From assembly GCF_001194135.2 (NCBI RefSeq), contig NC_068990.1, positions 55,166,001 to 55,199,658 of the forward strand: a stretch of 33,658 bases of DNA, read 5' to 3'. Position 1 is the stretch's first letter. Each line of letters starts with the position of its first letter. Below, one piece after another: positions 1 to 12,002 of this stretch. The stretch comes from Octopus bimaculoides (Eukaryota). Position numbers and translations under genes: made by a program. The notes beneath the pieces were generated by a model. That model did not search any database and was not told the origin of the DNA. It worked only from the letters and a program-made list of their open reading frames with translations.

Positions 1-521
1 AATTCTAAGTGGTGTTAAATCACTTCTGTCCTTGTTTTTTCAAGCGACAGACTACTTTATGGTACCTCATTTCTTCATTTCATTTTATTTTACTATATCG
101 ACTTATATTATTATATTATATATTTGAAATTTTTACTCCTTCCGTATTAATTTTAACTTTTTTAACTTCTATGAAATGATATTCACGTGTATTGTATTAT
201 ATCTTTAACTCAATTTTTTTCAGTTCCATGTTATCGCTTGAAACAATATATTTGTGTATAGAAATTTTATACTATATGCTATATTTTTATTTATTTATTA
301 TTTCTTCTTCCGTTATTTTTCTTGCATTATTTCTTCTTATTCCTTATGTTTGACGGATTATGCTATATTTCTTGTATATGTTCATTGAGGGGGTGTGATA
401 TGTTGAGTCGTAAACTCAGTCTTTTTAGTCTTTAACTAATATTTTACTCTTGTCTCAGTTATTCTGTGCACTTCTCCTTGCAGCCCTGTATAAAATCTAT
501 TGGTTTCCTAATAAGAAACCA

Positions 522-567
<46 letters not shown>

Positions 568-709
568 TAGTTGATGCCTAAATTCTAGTGAAAGGACCTT
601 GTTTCTTGGCTTGAAACCAGCTCGTTTATTAATGGTATAAAATTTGTAGAATAAAACCAGAATTCCATTTATACTTGCACTACATATACAAACATACATC
701 TATGTAAGT

Positions 710-905
710 CAATGAGGAAGCTCTTACATATTCATTTTACCTGCTAGAAATAATAGACAAATCTCCATCAAATCATAAAAGGGAAGGGCACATTAGATAT
801 AATCCTAGATAGCCCTAAAGAGACAAAATTGTTGAGGCTAGCTTGCTTTTGATCATAGACCTGCTCAATCAGGAATGAATTGGGTCTAAACAGCAACATC
901 ATCAT
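710..905. mobile_element. Interspersed SINE-like repeat (family with a gctagaaatagcagccaaatctcc…ggctaaacaacaac-type core)
   Basis: Similar sequence recurs at about 9730-9860, 24570-24755, 30200-30400 and 30410-30630, and inverted at 24090-24180. Confidence 0.55.
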
Positions 906-1049
906 ATATCTATGTATACACACAGAATTCTTGTCATATATACTCAGTCACTTTTCATGCAACAGTCTCAGCACTTTGGTTTTGACTTTTATTATTCTGA
1001 ATACTGTTTAAGTTTTACTTTTTTTCTTTTCTTTCCAAAGCACACTAAC

Positions 1050-1250
1050 TCTATATTTCGGTTTCAAATGTTAGCACAAGGCCAGCAATTTCAAGGATTT
1101 CACTACAATTTCAACTACATTGACCCCAGTATTTATTTTATCAACCCTGAATGGATGAAAGGCAAAGTCGACCTTGATGGACAGAATGTAGAGATAGATG
1201 AAATGCCACTAAGCACTTAGCCTAGCGTGCTAATGATTCTGCCAGCTCAT
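1050..1250. mobile_element. SINE fragment (gaccccagt…tttat…gaccc…gatgaaaggcaaagtcgacc family)
   Basis: The same core recurs at about 16380-16530, 19245-19470 and 25410-25510. Confidence 0.55.
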
Positions 1251-1384
1251 GACCTTAATGACTTTATATGTTAACGACATTATATATAACTATATTTTTT
1301 TATGAAATATGCTTAAATAAATCAATAGTGTTTACTTTAAGGCCAGTGGATAAAAATAAACACTGTCTCAATTCCTGGGACTTA

Positions 1385-1616
1385 CAGGGCTTGCTGCCTG
1401 GTTTCCGTAGTGTATAAGTGACCAAGATCACATCTTCTCTGAAGGGGATGCCAGTCTGTTGCTGGGTTATTCATTTACAGCTGAGTCAACTGGAGCAACA
1501 TGAAATGATGTGTTTTGCTCAAGAACACAACACACTGCCCACTCAATAAGGGAATCAAAAACCTGATCTTGTGATCATGAGTGCAACACTCTGACCACTA
1601 GGTCATGCACTTTCAC
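1385..1616 (-). mobile_element. tRNA-derived SINE
   Basis: Reverse complement starts with a tRNA-like head (gcatgacctagtggtcagagtgttgcactcatgatc…gattccc) with degenerate A/B boxes, then a typical SINE body. Confidence 0.6.
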
Positions 1617-2088
1617 AATGCTAATAAATAATGAAACACATTTTGATTTCAAAGAGTTTTTAATCAAAGAACAGTAAAACATTAAAACTTAGAGGAGGAA
1701 ACAAAGTACCCACAATCTTCTTTGTTGAGCCTCTGAGTCTGATTGGGGGAAAAAAGGAAAAGGGATGTACACCTCTGACTTGTCCATTGCTTCAATAAGA
1801 AAGCTGCACATCAAGATATCAAATTATCTAAATAGCTGGTCTGTTTGTTTGCAATAAAATGGATACCAGAAGAGACACCTTTGTGCTGGTAACCCAAAAT
1901 AAGATATTTAATCTATATATAGTCCTTCCTTCAACTATCAATAACATGTTTGGATGAGCATATTTAAATGCATTCTATATGTGTATGAAACAAAACAAAA
2001 TGGAATATGAAATCTATAAATGATGATATATACATGTGTATGATGTTGAATATTCATACATAAAAATGTTACCATTTAAGAAACTTAC

Positions 2089-2201
2089 CTGAGACTATTC
2101 TTCAACATGCCAAGACAGCACAGAAATTGAATATGGTCAAGGACTTGATGTCCAGGAAACAGGAATGGAACGCTTGTACAATCAATTTGTGGGTTGTTAC
2201 C
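2089..2201 (-). CDS. MYO7A-like: Internal coding exon of a myosin-VII-like MyTH4 gene: GNNPQIDCTSVPFLFPGHQVLDHIQFLCCLGMLKNSL(R), phase 0 to 2
   Basis: Minus strand: T-rich acceptor …ttaattaatttataaag|GGT and donor CTCAG|gtaagt; 113 nt open. LDHIQFLCCLGMLKNSLR aligns by eye to the myosin VII MyTH4 segment LEKLHFIIGNGILRPALR that precedes DEIYCQ. Confidence 0.88.
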
Positions 2202-2857
2202 CTTTATAAATTAATTAAAAAAAAAAAATATTGCTGTCATTGTTTTTGATTTTCTTGTTATAAATCCTTAGAAAAAGAAAATAATATTTCATACGTCAGG
2301 AACATATTCATTGTTTTAGACATGTGACAAGGCCAGAATTTGCATGAAATAAACATATTCAATTGATTTAGCCAATTTCTAATTTATCAACAAAGAGATA
2401 AAAAGATAAAGTTGACAACAGCAAAATTTGAACACAGACTGTTGTGTGTTGAAATTTAAATTGATACCACTCTTAATCTAACACTTTGCATAATCTTGAA
2501 ATGCTTTGACATATTAAAGCATTTCATATGGCTCTCTACTGATTATTCATTTGCACCATGACTGAGACAAAACAATACAGTTCAAGAGAATGTTTGTAGA
2601 CATATTGTCATCTTATCATGTCATTATATGTAATCTGTCTCTGTTGGGTAAAAGTATCCTCCTGATTTGATGTCTGAGTTTAAAATGGGATGAAATATGA
2701 CACATCACATTCAGACAGTTTGTATTCAAAACCAAGAGTGATATGCAATAGCAAAGCTTACTTAGAAGATTTGGGTTGTGCAGAATATTGGAATGGTTCT
2801 CTATTACCTTCTTCAAGACCACAGCAGCAATCAGAATCAAAAATATACTGTGATTGC

Positions 2858-3025
2858 GTGGTAAGAAGTTTGCTTCCCACCACATTGTTCTGTGTCCAGT
2901 CCAACTGTGCTGCACCTTGGGCAAGTGTCTTTTATTATAATCCTGGGCTGACCAAAGCCTTATGAATGGATTTGGTAAGTAGAAACTGGAAGAAGCTATT
3001 GTGTGTGTGTGTGTGTGTGTGTGTT
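2858..3025 (+). mobile_element. SINE head and body running into (GT)n, from the microsatellite-carrying SINE family
   Basis: gtggtaagaagtttgcttccc…accttgggcaagtgtc…gaccaaagcc…ggatttggta…gaagaagc matches copies at 17190, 18116, 28190 (rc), 29975 (rc) and 9425 (rc). Confidence 0.75.
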
Positions 3026-3263
3026 TGCATTTAACCTTTATCACTGACTGACATAGAAAAGCACAGTGACCAAGGACATATAAACTAAATGTTCATGACA
3101 TTAATCTGAAATTTATACCCACCAGCTCTTGATATTTCTTTATCGCATCATCAATATCCTTTTTAGATAACTTCTTGGCAAAGTGTTCCCTGATGAAATT
3201 GAATGGTATTGGTCGGCTCTGGGAAATGGAAGAAAACACAATTACAAATTGATAAATGTGTGG

Positions 3264-3297
<34 letters not shown>

Positions 3298-3970
3298 CTT
3301 CCACTAATGTAATGTATATGTAAATATTAACACCATTGTCATCATCATCTAACGTCTGTTTTCCATGCTGGCATGGGTTGGACAATTTGATAAGAGCAGT
3401 TGAGTCAAACACATTACTGTGTGTACTAGATGCTTTTTTGTTGTTGTTTTTTTGCCATGTAACTTGCATATATGTGTGTGTATGTATGTATGTATGTATA
3501 AATGTGTGATCCAAGGATCTGAGTGTAGGAAGAATGTAAGCTTCAAGTAGTAAGTGGCAGATATAGAGAACAAAAAGTGGATAATATATGATAAGATACA
3601 ATAACAATTTATTGGCATTGAGAGATACACTTTTTCCCATATTGAAATTGTGAGGAAATTCAATTAACTGATAGTTTTTGTATGGCTTGCAGTTAGCAAC
3701 TAAAGCTGCTAAAAATGTGAATAAAAATCCAAAGTGAAGGAGAAGAACAAGTAAAATGCATGCTACATATGTTTCCAAGCTAGCTGAAACTCATGATGCA
3801 ATTGTTATGCAATCAACTAGGCTCATCATAACTAATCATCAGGCTGAGATCACCTTAATGAAATGAAGGTTACATTGTGGTTTAGAATTTCTAAGTCATT
3901 CACAACACAATGCTGAGTTCAACTGAGTTATATAAATGAAAACACAAATAGGTTTAGGTTTACTACAGCT

Positions 3971-4264
3971 GTTAGGTCGACCACATTTTTTCACTTTTGG
4001 TTCTGTTGTTAATGGAAATAGTCTTGCACTGGTTAATATTTTTTTCAATGTTTTAGGTTGCATTTTGCTTTTGATAATTTTGTGAGCCTAAGATTTTGTT
4101 CATTGTTTTATCTCTTGTGAGGATGGGTAGATGATAATGTTAAAGGCTTCGTTGTTTCTAGGGTTATGTGTGGAGATGTATGGGAGTATTTTTAAGTTTG
4201 GTTTAGTATTTCGATTGACTTCCCTTAATGTTCGTATGTCTATTTCCTTAGCTCATTTAATTCC
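3971..4264 (-). mobile_element. Penelope-like retroelement ORF fragment (RT-thumb to GIY-YIG linker), same family as 32070-33433
   Basis: Reverse complement of 3971-4107 matches 32685-32826 with 4 substitutions and 3 small indels; translates …KILPYISTHNPRNNEAFNII…TMNKILG…KKILTSARLFP…KVKKCGRPN. Confidence 0.9.
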
Positions 4265-4795
4265 ATCATATATATATCACCCCAACCAGGACTTCTAGAT
4301 TATGTTGGCAAATAACCTTTACTCTAGAGTACTGTTACTAAATGTCTCTCGTTCAGAGATTTAGAAATAATAATTTTCTATTTATAAGACCAGTGATTGT
4401 GTGTCATTTTGAAAAGTATATATTTTGAACAAGAGTTCAGTGGCGCCATCTCTAGCTGAGCAGTTATTCTATGCTGATGAAGAGAACTAACCCAGAAGCC
4501 ATTGGTACGCAGATATTGCATTGAGCTGAGTGGCGATGCTAAACTCCCTTGTTCGAAAATATAAGGACGCAGATAGTGTGTTGTATAGCCAGCTGGAGAT
4601 GATGTTTCCTGGGGCTAAATAACAGTAACAATCATCCTAACCAAGACTGCCACTTTATGTTGGCAAATAATCTTTACTCTAGTTTATTCAGTGAAAATAA
4701 ATTCCAGCAGCAACCCCTCCAGGGGAAGTCATGTATTTTTAGTTGTTTAAGCATCTCAGAAATCAGGATAAGTGCTGTTGTGCCTGTAGGCTTAG

Positions 4796-4830
<35 letters not shown>

Positions 4831-5108
4831 TTATACTTGTGGTGGCATTCACCCAGGATGGGTTGAGTCAACTCTGACCAACACATGTTTGGAGTGGAAA
4901 TACAAGTTCACATGTGGTCCCTGGTCACATGCATACACACTTTGAGATAGTATTATCCATAGTAGCTCATCTTGCCAATTATTACTGACCATCACAGAAG
5001 ATTCACTGACCAAGACACTACCAATTATCAGGCACAGAATTTAAATTACAGAAACTGTAATTTAAAGATACAGTCTTATCACACACACTATATCATGCTG
5101 ACTTTGCT

Positions 5109-7085
5109 AATCGTCGTCATCATTATTTAATTTCTGTTGTCCCTGCTGGCATATGTTGGATGGTTTGATTGAAAATTGTTAAGCTGGGGAGCTGCACCAG
5201 GTTCTGATCTGATTTGGCAAGGTTTCTATGTCTGGATACCCTTGCTAACACCAACCACTCTGAGAGTGTAGTGGGTGTTTTTTAAGTGCCACTGGTATGG
5301 GTGTCATTGACCTGACACCAGCATCGATCATGACTATGGTCTCACTTGGCTTGACAGGTTTACACAAGCACAGTATATCACCAAAGGTCTTGGTCACCTG
5401 TCACAGCCTCTATGAGGCTCAATGCTTGAACTGTGCTTTTACATGTCACCAGCACAGGTGCCAGTCACACAGCACTGGCATTGGCCACAACTATTGGTTC
5501 GACAGGTCTTCACAAGCACAGTATATCACCCAATGTTTGAAGAGTGCTTTCAATAAGCCAGTTATGTGACACTAGCATCAGCCACGACTACAAGCACAGA
5601 ATACCACCAAAGGTCTCAGTCACTTGTCATTGCCTTTGTGAGGCCCAGCATTCAGAGATTGCATTTCATCACCTCGTCCCATGTCTTCCTGGATCTACCT
5701 CTTCCACAGGTTCCCTCCACCATGAGAGTGTGACACTTCTTCACACAGCTGTCCTCATCCATATGCATCACATGACCATACCAGCACAGTCATCTCTCTT
5801 GCACACCACATCTGATGCCACCTATGCCCAACTTTTCTCTCAGGATGCTTACACTCAGTTGTGCATGCACACTGACATTATACATCCAGTGAAGCATACT
5901 AGCTTCATTTCTTACAAGCCTACACATGTACTCTGCAGTCGTAACCCATGTTTCACTGCCATGTAGCATGGCTGTTTGCACACAGGCATCATACAGTCTG
6001 CCTTTCACTCTGAACGCTACTGACCTGGTCCCCTAGGTAACAGAAGCTATCGACTACTTCTAGTTTCCCACCCTGGCTCGTGATGGAATCTATTTTCTGT
6101 ACATTTTTAGTGTTAATTGTACCACCTTCCACACACAAAAACTATTTTCTCTGTTAACCTTCCTCTGATATTGCTGCACCTTTTATGTGCCCATAGCTTA
6201 CACCAGGTACATCTTACGGAGTTTCTACCTTTGCCGTTTCTACAGATTGAACAGGGCCATCTACCTGAAGGGATTTGTGATTTGTCTGCTTTCCTACTTG
6301 CTAACACTTAGGTTTTTGCTAGGTTAACTCTAAGGCCCTTTCGTTCTAGACCTTGCTTCCCCACTTGAAACTTCTTCTCTAGTTCTGTTAGTGATTAAGC
6401 TATAAGAGCATCAACATAGAGGAGTTTCCGGAGGTAGCCTGTCTTGAATTTCTGTTATTGCCTGGAGAACTATGATGAAAAAAAGGGGGCTGAGGACTGA
6501 TCCTTGGTGAACTCCTACTCGTACACTGAATTCTTCACCATACTCATTGCCAACCCTCACATTACTAACAGCATCCCTGTACATGGCTTGTACAGCTCTT
6601 ACAAACCGCTCATCTATCCCTAGTTTCCACATTGACCACCAGATAAGGGATCAAGGGGTCCTGTCAAAGGCTTTCTCCATGTCAACAAAAGCCAAGTACA
6701 GAGGTTTATCTTTGGCCTGGTATTTCTCCTGCAGCTGTCTTACCAGAAATATAGCATCAGCGGTGCTTTTTCCTGGCACAAACCCAAAGTGCATCTCATC
6801 TACAATAACTCTCTCTCTAATTAGTTAGGATATGACCCTCTCCATAACTTTCATCACCTGATCCAACAATTTGATACCTCTGTAATTATTTCTATGTAAG
6901 GTGTTGCCTTTACCTTTCTAGCAGTTGACTATAGTGCTGCTACACTAGTCATTGGGTATGACTCCGTGTACCGCCTGATTAACTACATGGGTGACTAGAC
7001 CCTAGCCTACACTGCCAGATATTTTAAGCATCTCAGCGGTGATTCCTGATAGGCCAGAGGCTTTTCCTGTCTTCAGGGAATGAAT
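5109..7085 (-). mobile_element. 5'-truncated, decayed RTE-clade LINE: RT domain, C-terminus, repeated 3' UTR and (GAT)n-type tail
   Basis: ORF fragments …VRVGVHQGSVLSPLFFIIVLQAI…, KGRLYDACVQTAMLHGSETW, CKLWAHKRCSNI and KTGKASGLSGITAEML; many frameshifts; simple-repeat tail at 5109-5124. Confidence 0.9.
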
Positions 7086-7205
7086 TATGAAAAGGATACA
7101 CATGTCTGTGAAATGCTCAACTGCTTAATTCAAGAGCATGTTATTCAACTGATTGAACAACTGCATCATCAAAAAAAGACCAACAAAGATCTATCTGTGT
7201 GTGTG

Positions 7206-7329
<124 letters not shown>

Positions 7330-7437
7330 TGCCTGGTAGCAAGATCTTATACAAAGTTTTTTTTTTCACTTTCATTAATTATGACCATATTTAAACCAGT
7401 TCTCTGTTGTAGATTGTATTTATGATTTATAACTTAC

Positions 7438-7578
7438 CAGCATCTCCTGAAGATTACAGTATTTATTGACTCTGAAACGACTAGCTAAGTGTCTCTGAAG
7501 CATTTTGGAGAATGCTAAAAGTAAAATTTCAAAGGTGTCATTGCCAGATAAGTGATTTGAGCTGAGACTGTGTTGAAA
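7438..7578 (-). CDS. MYO7A-like: Internal coding exon in the MyTH4 insert region: FQHSLSSNHLSGNDTFEILLLAFSKMLQRHLASRFRVNKYCNLQEML, phase 0 to 0
   Basis: Acceptor …ctgcaatcgttttag|TTT, donor ATGCTG|gtaagt; 141 nt = 47 codons open; phase-compatible with the flanking exons 8277-8360 and 2089-2201. Confidence 0.75.
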
Positions 7579-7786
7579 CTAAAACGATTGCAGTATGGAA
7601 GACACACATCAGCCATTCAGTGACACATAGAGACTATTAACTTCACTTAAACGTTTATTATCTGGTGTTAAAATTTTCGTTTCACCAATTGCAATCTGGT
7701 CTTGGTGTAGTTACTGTGTAATCATGTCAGTGACCAGGTCACAGTTAGTGTGATGAAAATTTTGATACCTAATAATGAATGTTCAA

Positions 7787-8006
7787 CCCTTTAGCATTCA
7801 AACTGGCCACATCTGGCCCAAATATTTTACCTGCTTTGTTTTCAAACTGACCAGATCAGGCCTCTCACAACTACCCTGCAATGTCATTCTAAAAATAAAA
7901 CAATCAGATCATCAAAATCTGAAATCTACAAGATAATGTATTATTAATTTATGACAATATGAATAAATAGGTATTATATTTTACAGATAATCTGAATGCT
8001 AAAGGA
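7787..8006. mobile_element. piggyBac-type MITE, 220 bp
   Basis: TIRs ccctttagcattca / tgaatgctaaagga; flanks tcaa (left) and ttaa (right), i.e. a degenerate TTAA target duplication. Confidence 0.75.
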
Positions 8007-8276
8007 TTAAGTAAAGTTAAAAGTCTTTGTGTGCTTTTGATATGTGTCTTAAAGTAAAAGATTTCCTCATTAATTCATTTCAGTTGCTGATCATTAACAT
8101 GGGTTGAAAGAGAGATATACTAGTTGCATATTATATGCAGTACATTATATGTAAATTGTCTTATATAAAGAAACAAAATTAATATAGTTTATAATGCATA
8201 TAACAAATGTTATGTGCAATTATATAATTTTAAATAAATATTATATGGGAAATATATAGATTAAAATAATACATAC

Positions 8277-8360
8277 GTCCAAACTTTTTATAGATGTGTA
8301 ATCACACTCTGGAAAATCACCCATTATTTTTAAAATGGTTATCCACGAAGACATGGCTGC
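8277..8360 (-). CDS. MYO7A-like: Internal coding exon with the MyTH4 N-terminal helix: AAMSSWITILKIMGDFPECDYTSIKSLD, phase 0 to 0
   Basis: Strong acceptor ttctctttctttcttcttacag|GCA, donor TTGGAC|gtatgt; 84 nt. Closely resembles the myosin VIIa first-MyTH4 motif AALAVWITILRFMGDLPE (recalled from family knowledge). Confidence 0.92.
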
Positions 8361-8944
8361 CTGTAAGAAGAAAGAAAGAGAATTAACAAAAATACAGTTA
8401 CTGAAAATATTTTCCATGTTAAAACTACTGTATCAATATAATTACATGTAGAGAATGAGCTACGTCAACTTTTCATATTCTGTCATATGGTCCACATGCA
8501 CAAAACTAAAATAGGTAAACATGTGGAAATATAGCTCATCAATATAAGCAGAATGGACCCAGAATAAATTAAAAGTGTTGCAGTGTTCTGCTGCAGTGAT
8601 GAATTCAAATCTTGCCGCAGACAAAGATCTCTGATAGGTTATTTTTTTTTTCTTCACAGAGATAACTTCAAACTTATAAATGCTATTAAAATAAATGATA
8701 CTCTTCATGTACCATCTCAAATATTTGTCAATAAAAGACTATGTAAACTGTCTTCAAACATAAATTTGATTCCATCCTAATTTGGATTTGACTTCATAAA
8801 ATTGCAAAAAATTGAATAAATCACAAAAGGGTTTACAACAATAGTCAATACCAAAACCAGAAACTAAGGGAATGTTAAATGATAAGAATTAGATTTAATA
8901 AACAAAATGTGCAAGATCTATTCAGAGAGTGCTTTTGTCATTTA

Positions 8945-9367
8945 TCTTTTTATCTTTTACTTCTTTCAGTCACTGGACTGCGGACATGCTGGGGCACCAC
9001 CTTCAAGAGTTTTAGTCGAACAAAATGATCACACTTCTTATATTTTATAGATTGGTATTTGTTTTTTCTTTTGGCCTCTTTTGCCAAAGTATTAAGTTAC
9101 AGGGATGTAAATAAATGAACACCAACCGTCAAGCAGTGGTAGGGACAAGCACAGAGATATACATCATCATCATCATCATCTAATGTCCATTTTCCATGTT
9201 GGCATAGGTTGGGTGGTTTGACAGGAGCTGGAAAATCAGAAGGCAGCACCAGGCTCCAGTCATTTATTTTGGGACTGTTTCTATGGTTTGATGCCCTTCC
9301 AAATGCCAGCCACTTTACCGAGTGTACTGGATGTCTTTATGTGATGCCATCACACACACACACACAC

Positions 9368-9420
<53 letters not shown>

Positions 9421-9590
9421 CATACATATATATACATGAAATAAGCTTCCTTCATTTCCTGTCTACCAAGTCCACACACAAGGCTTTAGTTATCTGGGGT
9501 TATAGTAGAAAACATTTCTCCAAGGTGCCATGCTCTGGGACTGAACCTGGAACCATGTGATTGGAAAGTAAACTTCTTACCACACATCAC
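8945..9590 (-). mobile_element. Microsatellite-carrying SINE (head about 9590, (CA)n/(TA)n centre, tail about 8945) with an RTE-type 3' fragment inserted at about 9165-9350
   Basis: Both halves match the better-preserved copy at 27950-28360. Confidence 0.7.
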
Positions 9591-10379
9591 AAAAGAAATT
9601 CAAAGAGTTTGCAATGATAGCTAATACCTAATTCAGGACCTAAAGGAATGTTAAATGATGTGAATTAGATTTAATAAAACATGTGCCAGATCTATTTAGA
9701 GAGGAAGTGTTTTTGGTATTGGCAGTAGAAACAGGTTAATTGTTCAGTGATATAGTCAAAAGCCTGTGGAAACATATTATAGTCCAGGAGTAACATATTG
9801 CTTTAATCATAGGTCAGCATGATCGAGACTTATCTAGAATTAACAATAACAACAACAAGGATCAATGAAGTGAGATGTCTAAGCTAAGAAGCATCAAAAG
9901 TTAAATACCATTGCTTAGAGCTCAGATGAATTAACCAACTTTAATTTTGAAACTAAATTTAAACTGTAACTATCACAAGTAGTGACATGAACTGCAAATA
10001 TGTTTGTTTTATAGAATGCTATCAGAAAAGGGAAAAAAATTTTCTTTCTTCTTTAATGTATTCATTTAACTTTATCTTGATTGACTGGGAAGTTTGTTTA
10101 TTCAATTCCTTGCAAAGCAAAGGAACATAATTTAACCTTTCAATTTTGTTTTCACAGTGTTCAGTAAGGTAACAAAAAAACTTAGTTTTTGTTTAACTAA
10201 GACAGCATTAACAAACAGAAAAATTAAACATTTAATTTGTCTAACCAAAACTTAGAAAACTTTCAGCAGTGTTTTCATTTTAGTTTTGTGGTTAAATGCA
10301 TTTGACAAACCACAGCAGAATGGATTATCAGAAATTCAATACTTATGTGTGTATATAAGCTTGATTGAAAAGATATATA

Positions 10380-10430
<51 letters not shown>

Positions 10431-10628
10431 ATATACATACATATATGTATGTATCAACGGCAGCAGTAGCAGCAGCAGCATTTTAATGTTCACTTTTCCA
10501 TGTCTGCATCAGTCAAACTGAGTTTATAGATGTAGATTTTCTATGGACTGATGCCCTATCTATTTGCAAAGCCTTACCTGTTTCCAAGCAAAGCAATACA
10601 AAGCAAAGCAAAGCAGAGAATTATATCA

Positions 10629-11170
10629 GGTAGCCAAAAAGGGCAGCTAGGCATCAAGTTTACATAGCAAAAGGAATAGCTGAAGGTAAGAGATTTGCAA
10701 ATGTTTGACAGCATGAGGGTCAGAGGTATGAGGTGTTCAAGATTGCAAAGCAGTGTATCATAGAAAACAGAGACGTGGTGGGTGAGAAATGTGTGCAAAT
10801 GGATATTGATATGTTTACACTTTGTGACTCAGAGAAGAAAGATGCATGGAAGTGTCACTATGAAAGGTTACTAAATGTGGAAAATAAATGGGAGAAACAG
10901 AGTCTACCAAATATTGAACCAATTGAAGGACCAGCCATCAGAGTTGATGGCAGCACAATAGATAAGACAATTAAGGTCAAGAAGACAGGGAAAGCCCCAA
11001 GAATCACTGCCGAGATGATTAAAATTTCTGGTGGTGTAGGATACAGCTTAGTCACCCATATAATTAATCAGTTTATTCAGGAAGGCACCATCCCCAATGA
11101 CTGGTATAGTAGTATTATAGTTAGCTGCTACAAGGCTAAAAGTGATGCCTTAGATGGGAACAACTACAGA
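10629..11170 (+). mobile_element. RTE LINE ORF fragment (pre-RT and RT domain start)
   Basis: ORF 10733..11188 FKIAKQCIIENRDVVGEKC…WKCHYERLLNVEN…KKTGKAPRITAEMIK…IPNDWYSSIIVSCYKAKSDALDGNNYR; homologous to the 5' end of the copy at 5109-7085. Confidence 0.9.
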
Positions 11171-11406
11171 AATGTATGCATCCTATGATCCAGTGGTATC
11201 ATTCACAGCTTGGTATGTGTTTTCACACATGTTGCAGTGAAAAACTTTCTCCTAGGACTGTTAGATAAAGCTGTCAATTTATTGTGTCTTAAAGCATAGA
11301 AACTATTAGTAGCTCTTTTGTAACTGTGTACATTAAATGATATTTATTTCTCACTGGATGGGGTCCTTTTTTTTGTTGATCTTACCTATAATGGAACTGT
11401 AAACAA

Positions 11407-11437
<31 letters not shown>

Positions 11438-11737
11438 ATGGAGATTATGTTAGCTAATGGTAGACATCCATGCACAAAAATATAGATAGATACATACATA
11501 CTTATGTATGCATGTACGTACGTTCATACATACAAACATACATACATACATACATATGTGTATAAGTATGCAGTATATGGATATGCATGCATGTATGAGT
11601 GCAATTATTTATGTATGCCTTCATGCATGCATACATGTATGAACACATGTATATCTATAAACATGCACTTATGTATGTATTGCATTATTTACAAACAAAA
11701 TTATATCATGGAGATAAAGAATAAAAGGATTATTTAC

Positions 11738-11959
11738 CAAGTGCGTATTTTTATCTTTGGGTGGAAGCAATGAAATTAAGAGAGGCTCTTTGGAGAAGCA
11801 GTCAGGTTGAACATCTTTCAGCTGGAAGTTTTTCCTTGCAAAATTTTCAAAAGTATCTGAAGCTGCAAATAAAACATCACTTGTGATGGAATCCCTGTCT
11901 GCATCTCCACTCGTTTCAGATTTTGAATATTCAGTATATTGATGGACAGAAGCATATAC
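11738..11959 (-). CDS. MYO7A-like: Internal coding exon before MyTH4: VYASVHQYTEYSKSETSGDADRDSITSDVLFAASDTFENFARKNFQLKDVQPDCFSKEPLLISLLPPKDKNTHL, phase 0 to 0
   Basis: Acceptor ctactttcaactttcag|GTA, donor CACTTG|gtaaat; 222 nt = 74 codons open. TFENFARKNFQ and SKEPLLISLL resemble the pre-MyTH4 F..FA..YF and ..PL..PLL motifs; joins in frame to AAMSSWITIL. Confidence 0.9.
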
Positions 11960-12002
11960 CTGAAAGTTGAAAGTAGATTATATTCATAAATACTGTACTC
12001 AC

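Noticed and set aside
1-620. AT-rich stretch possibly the 5' end of a Penelope ORF (minus strand), and a hammerhead-like ctagtgaaagg…ttgaaacc at 586-618
   Set aside because: Only a few suggestive residues; no stem I complementarity for a ribozyme; cannot be supported.
1650-1740. Strong minus-strand acceptor (ttttttcccccaatcag) as the next MyTH4 exon
   Set aside because: The phase-2 continuation reads LRGSTKKIVG…, not DEIYCQ, and soon hits a stop; no DEIYCQ-like exon found in 1-2088.
2616-3044. 142-aa minus-strand ORF and a possible 86-nt exon at about 2762-2847
   Set aside because: Half the ORF is SINE and microsatellite; the candidate exon is phase 0-2 or 2-1, incompatible with the flanking phase-0 junctions.
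8460-8780. Overlapping ORFs on both strands with splice-like sites
   Set aside because: The minus-strand acceptor lacks a pyrimidine tract; no matching donor; not needed for the in-frame join 11738 to 8360.
10460-11170. RTE 3' tail (minus) next to an RTE ORF fragment (plus) as a twin-priming inversion
   Set aside because: About 2 kb of element would be missing between the parts, no TSD found, and such tail fragments are common on their own here (about 3340, 9170, 17520).
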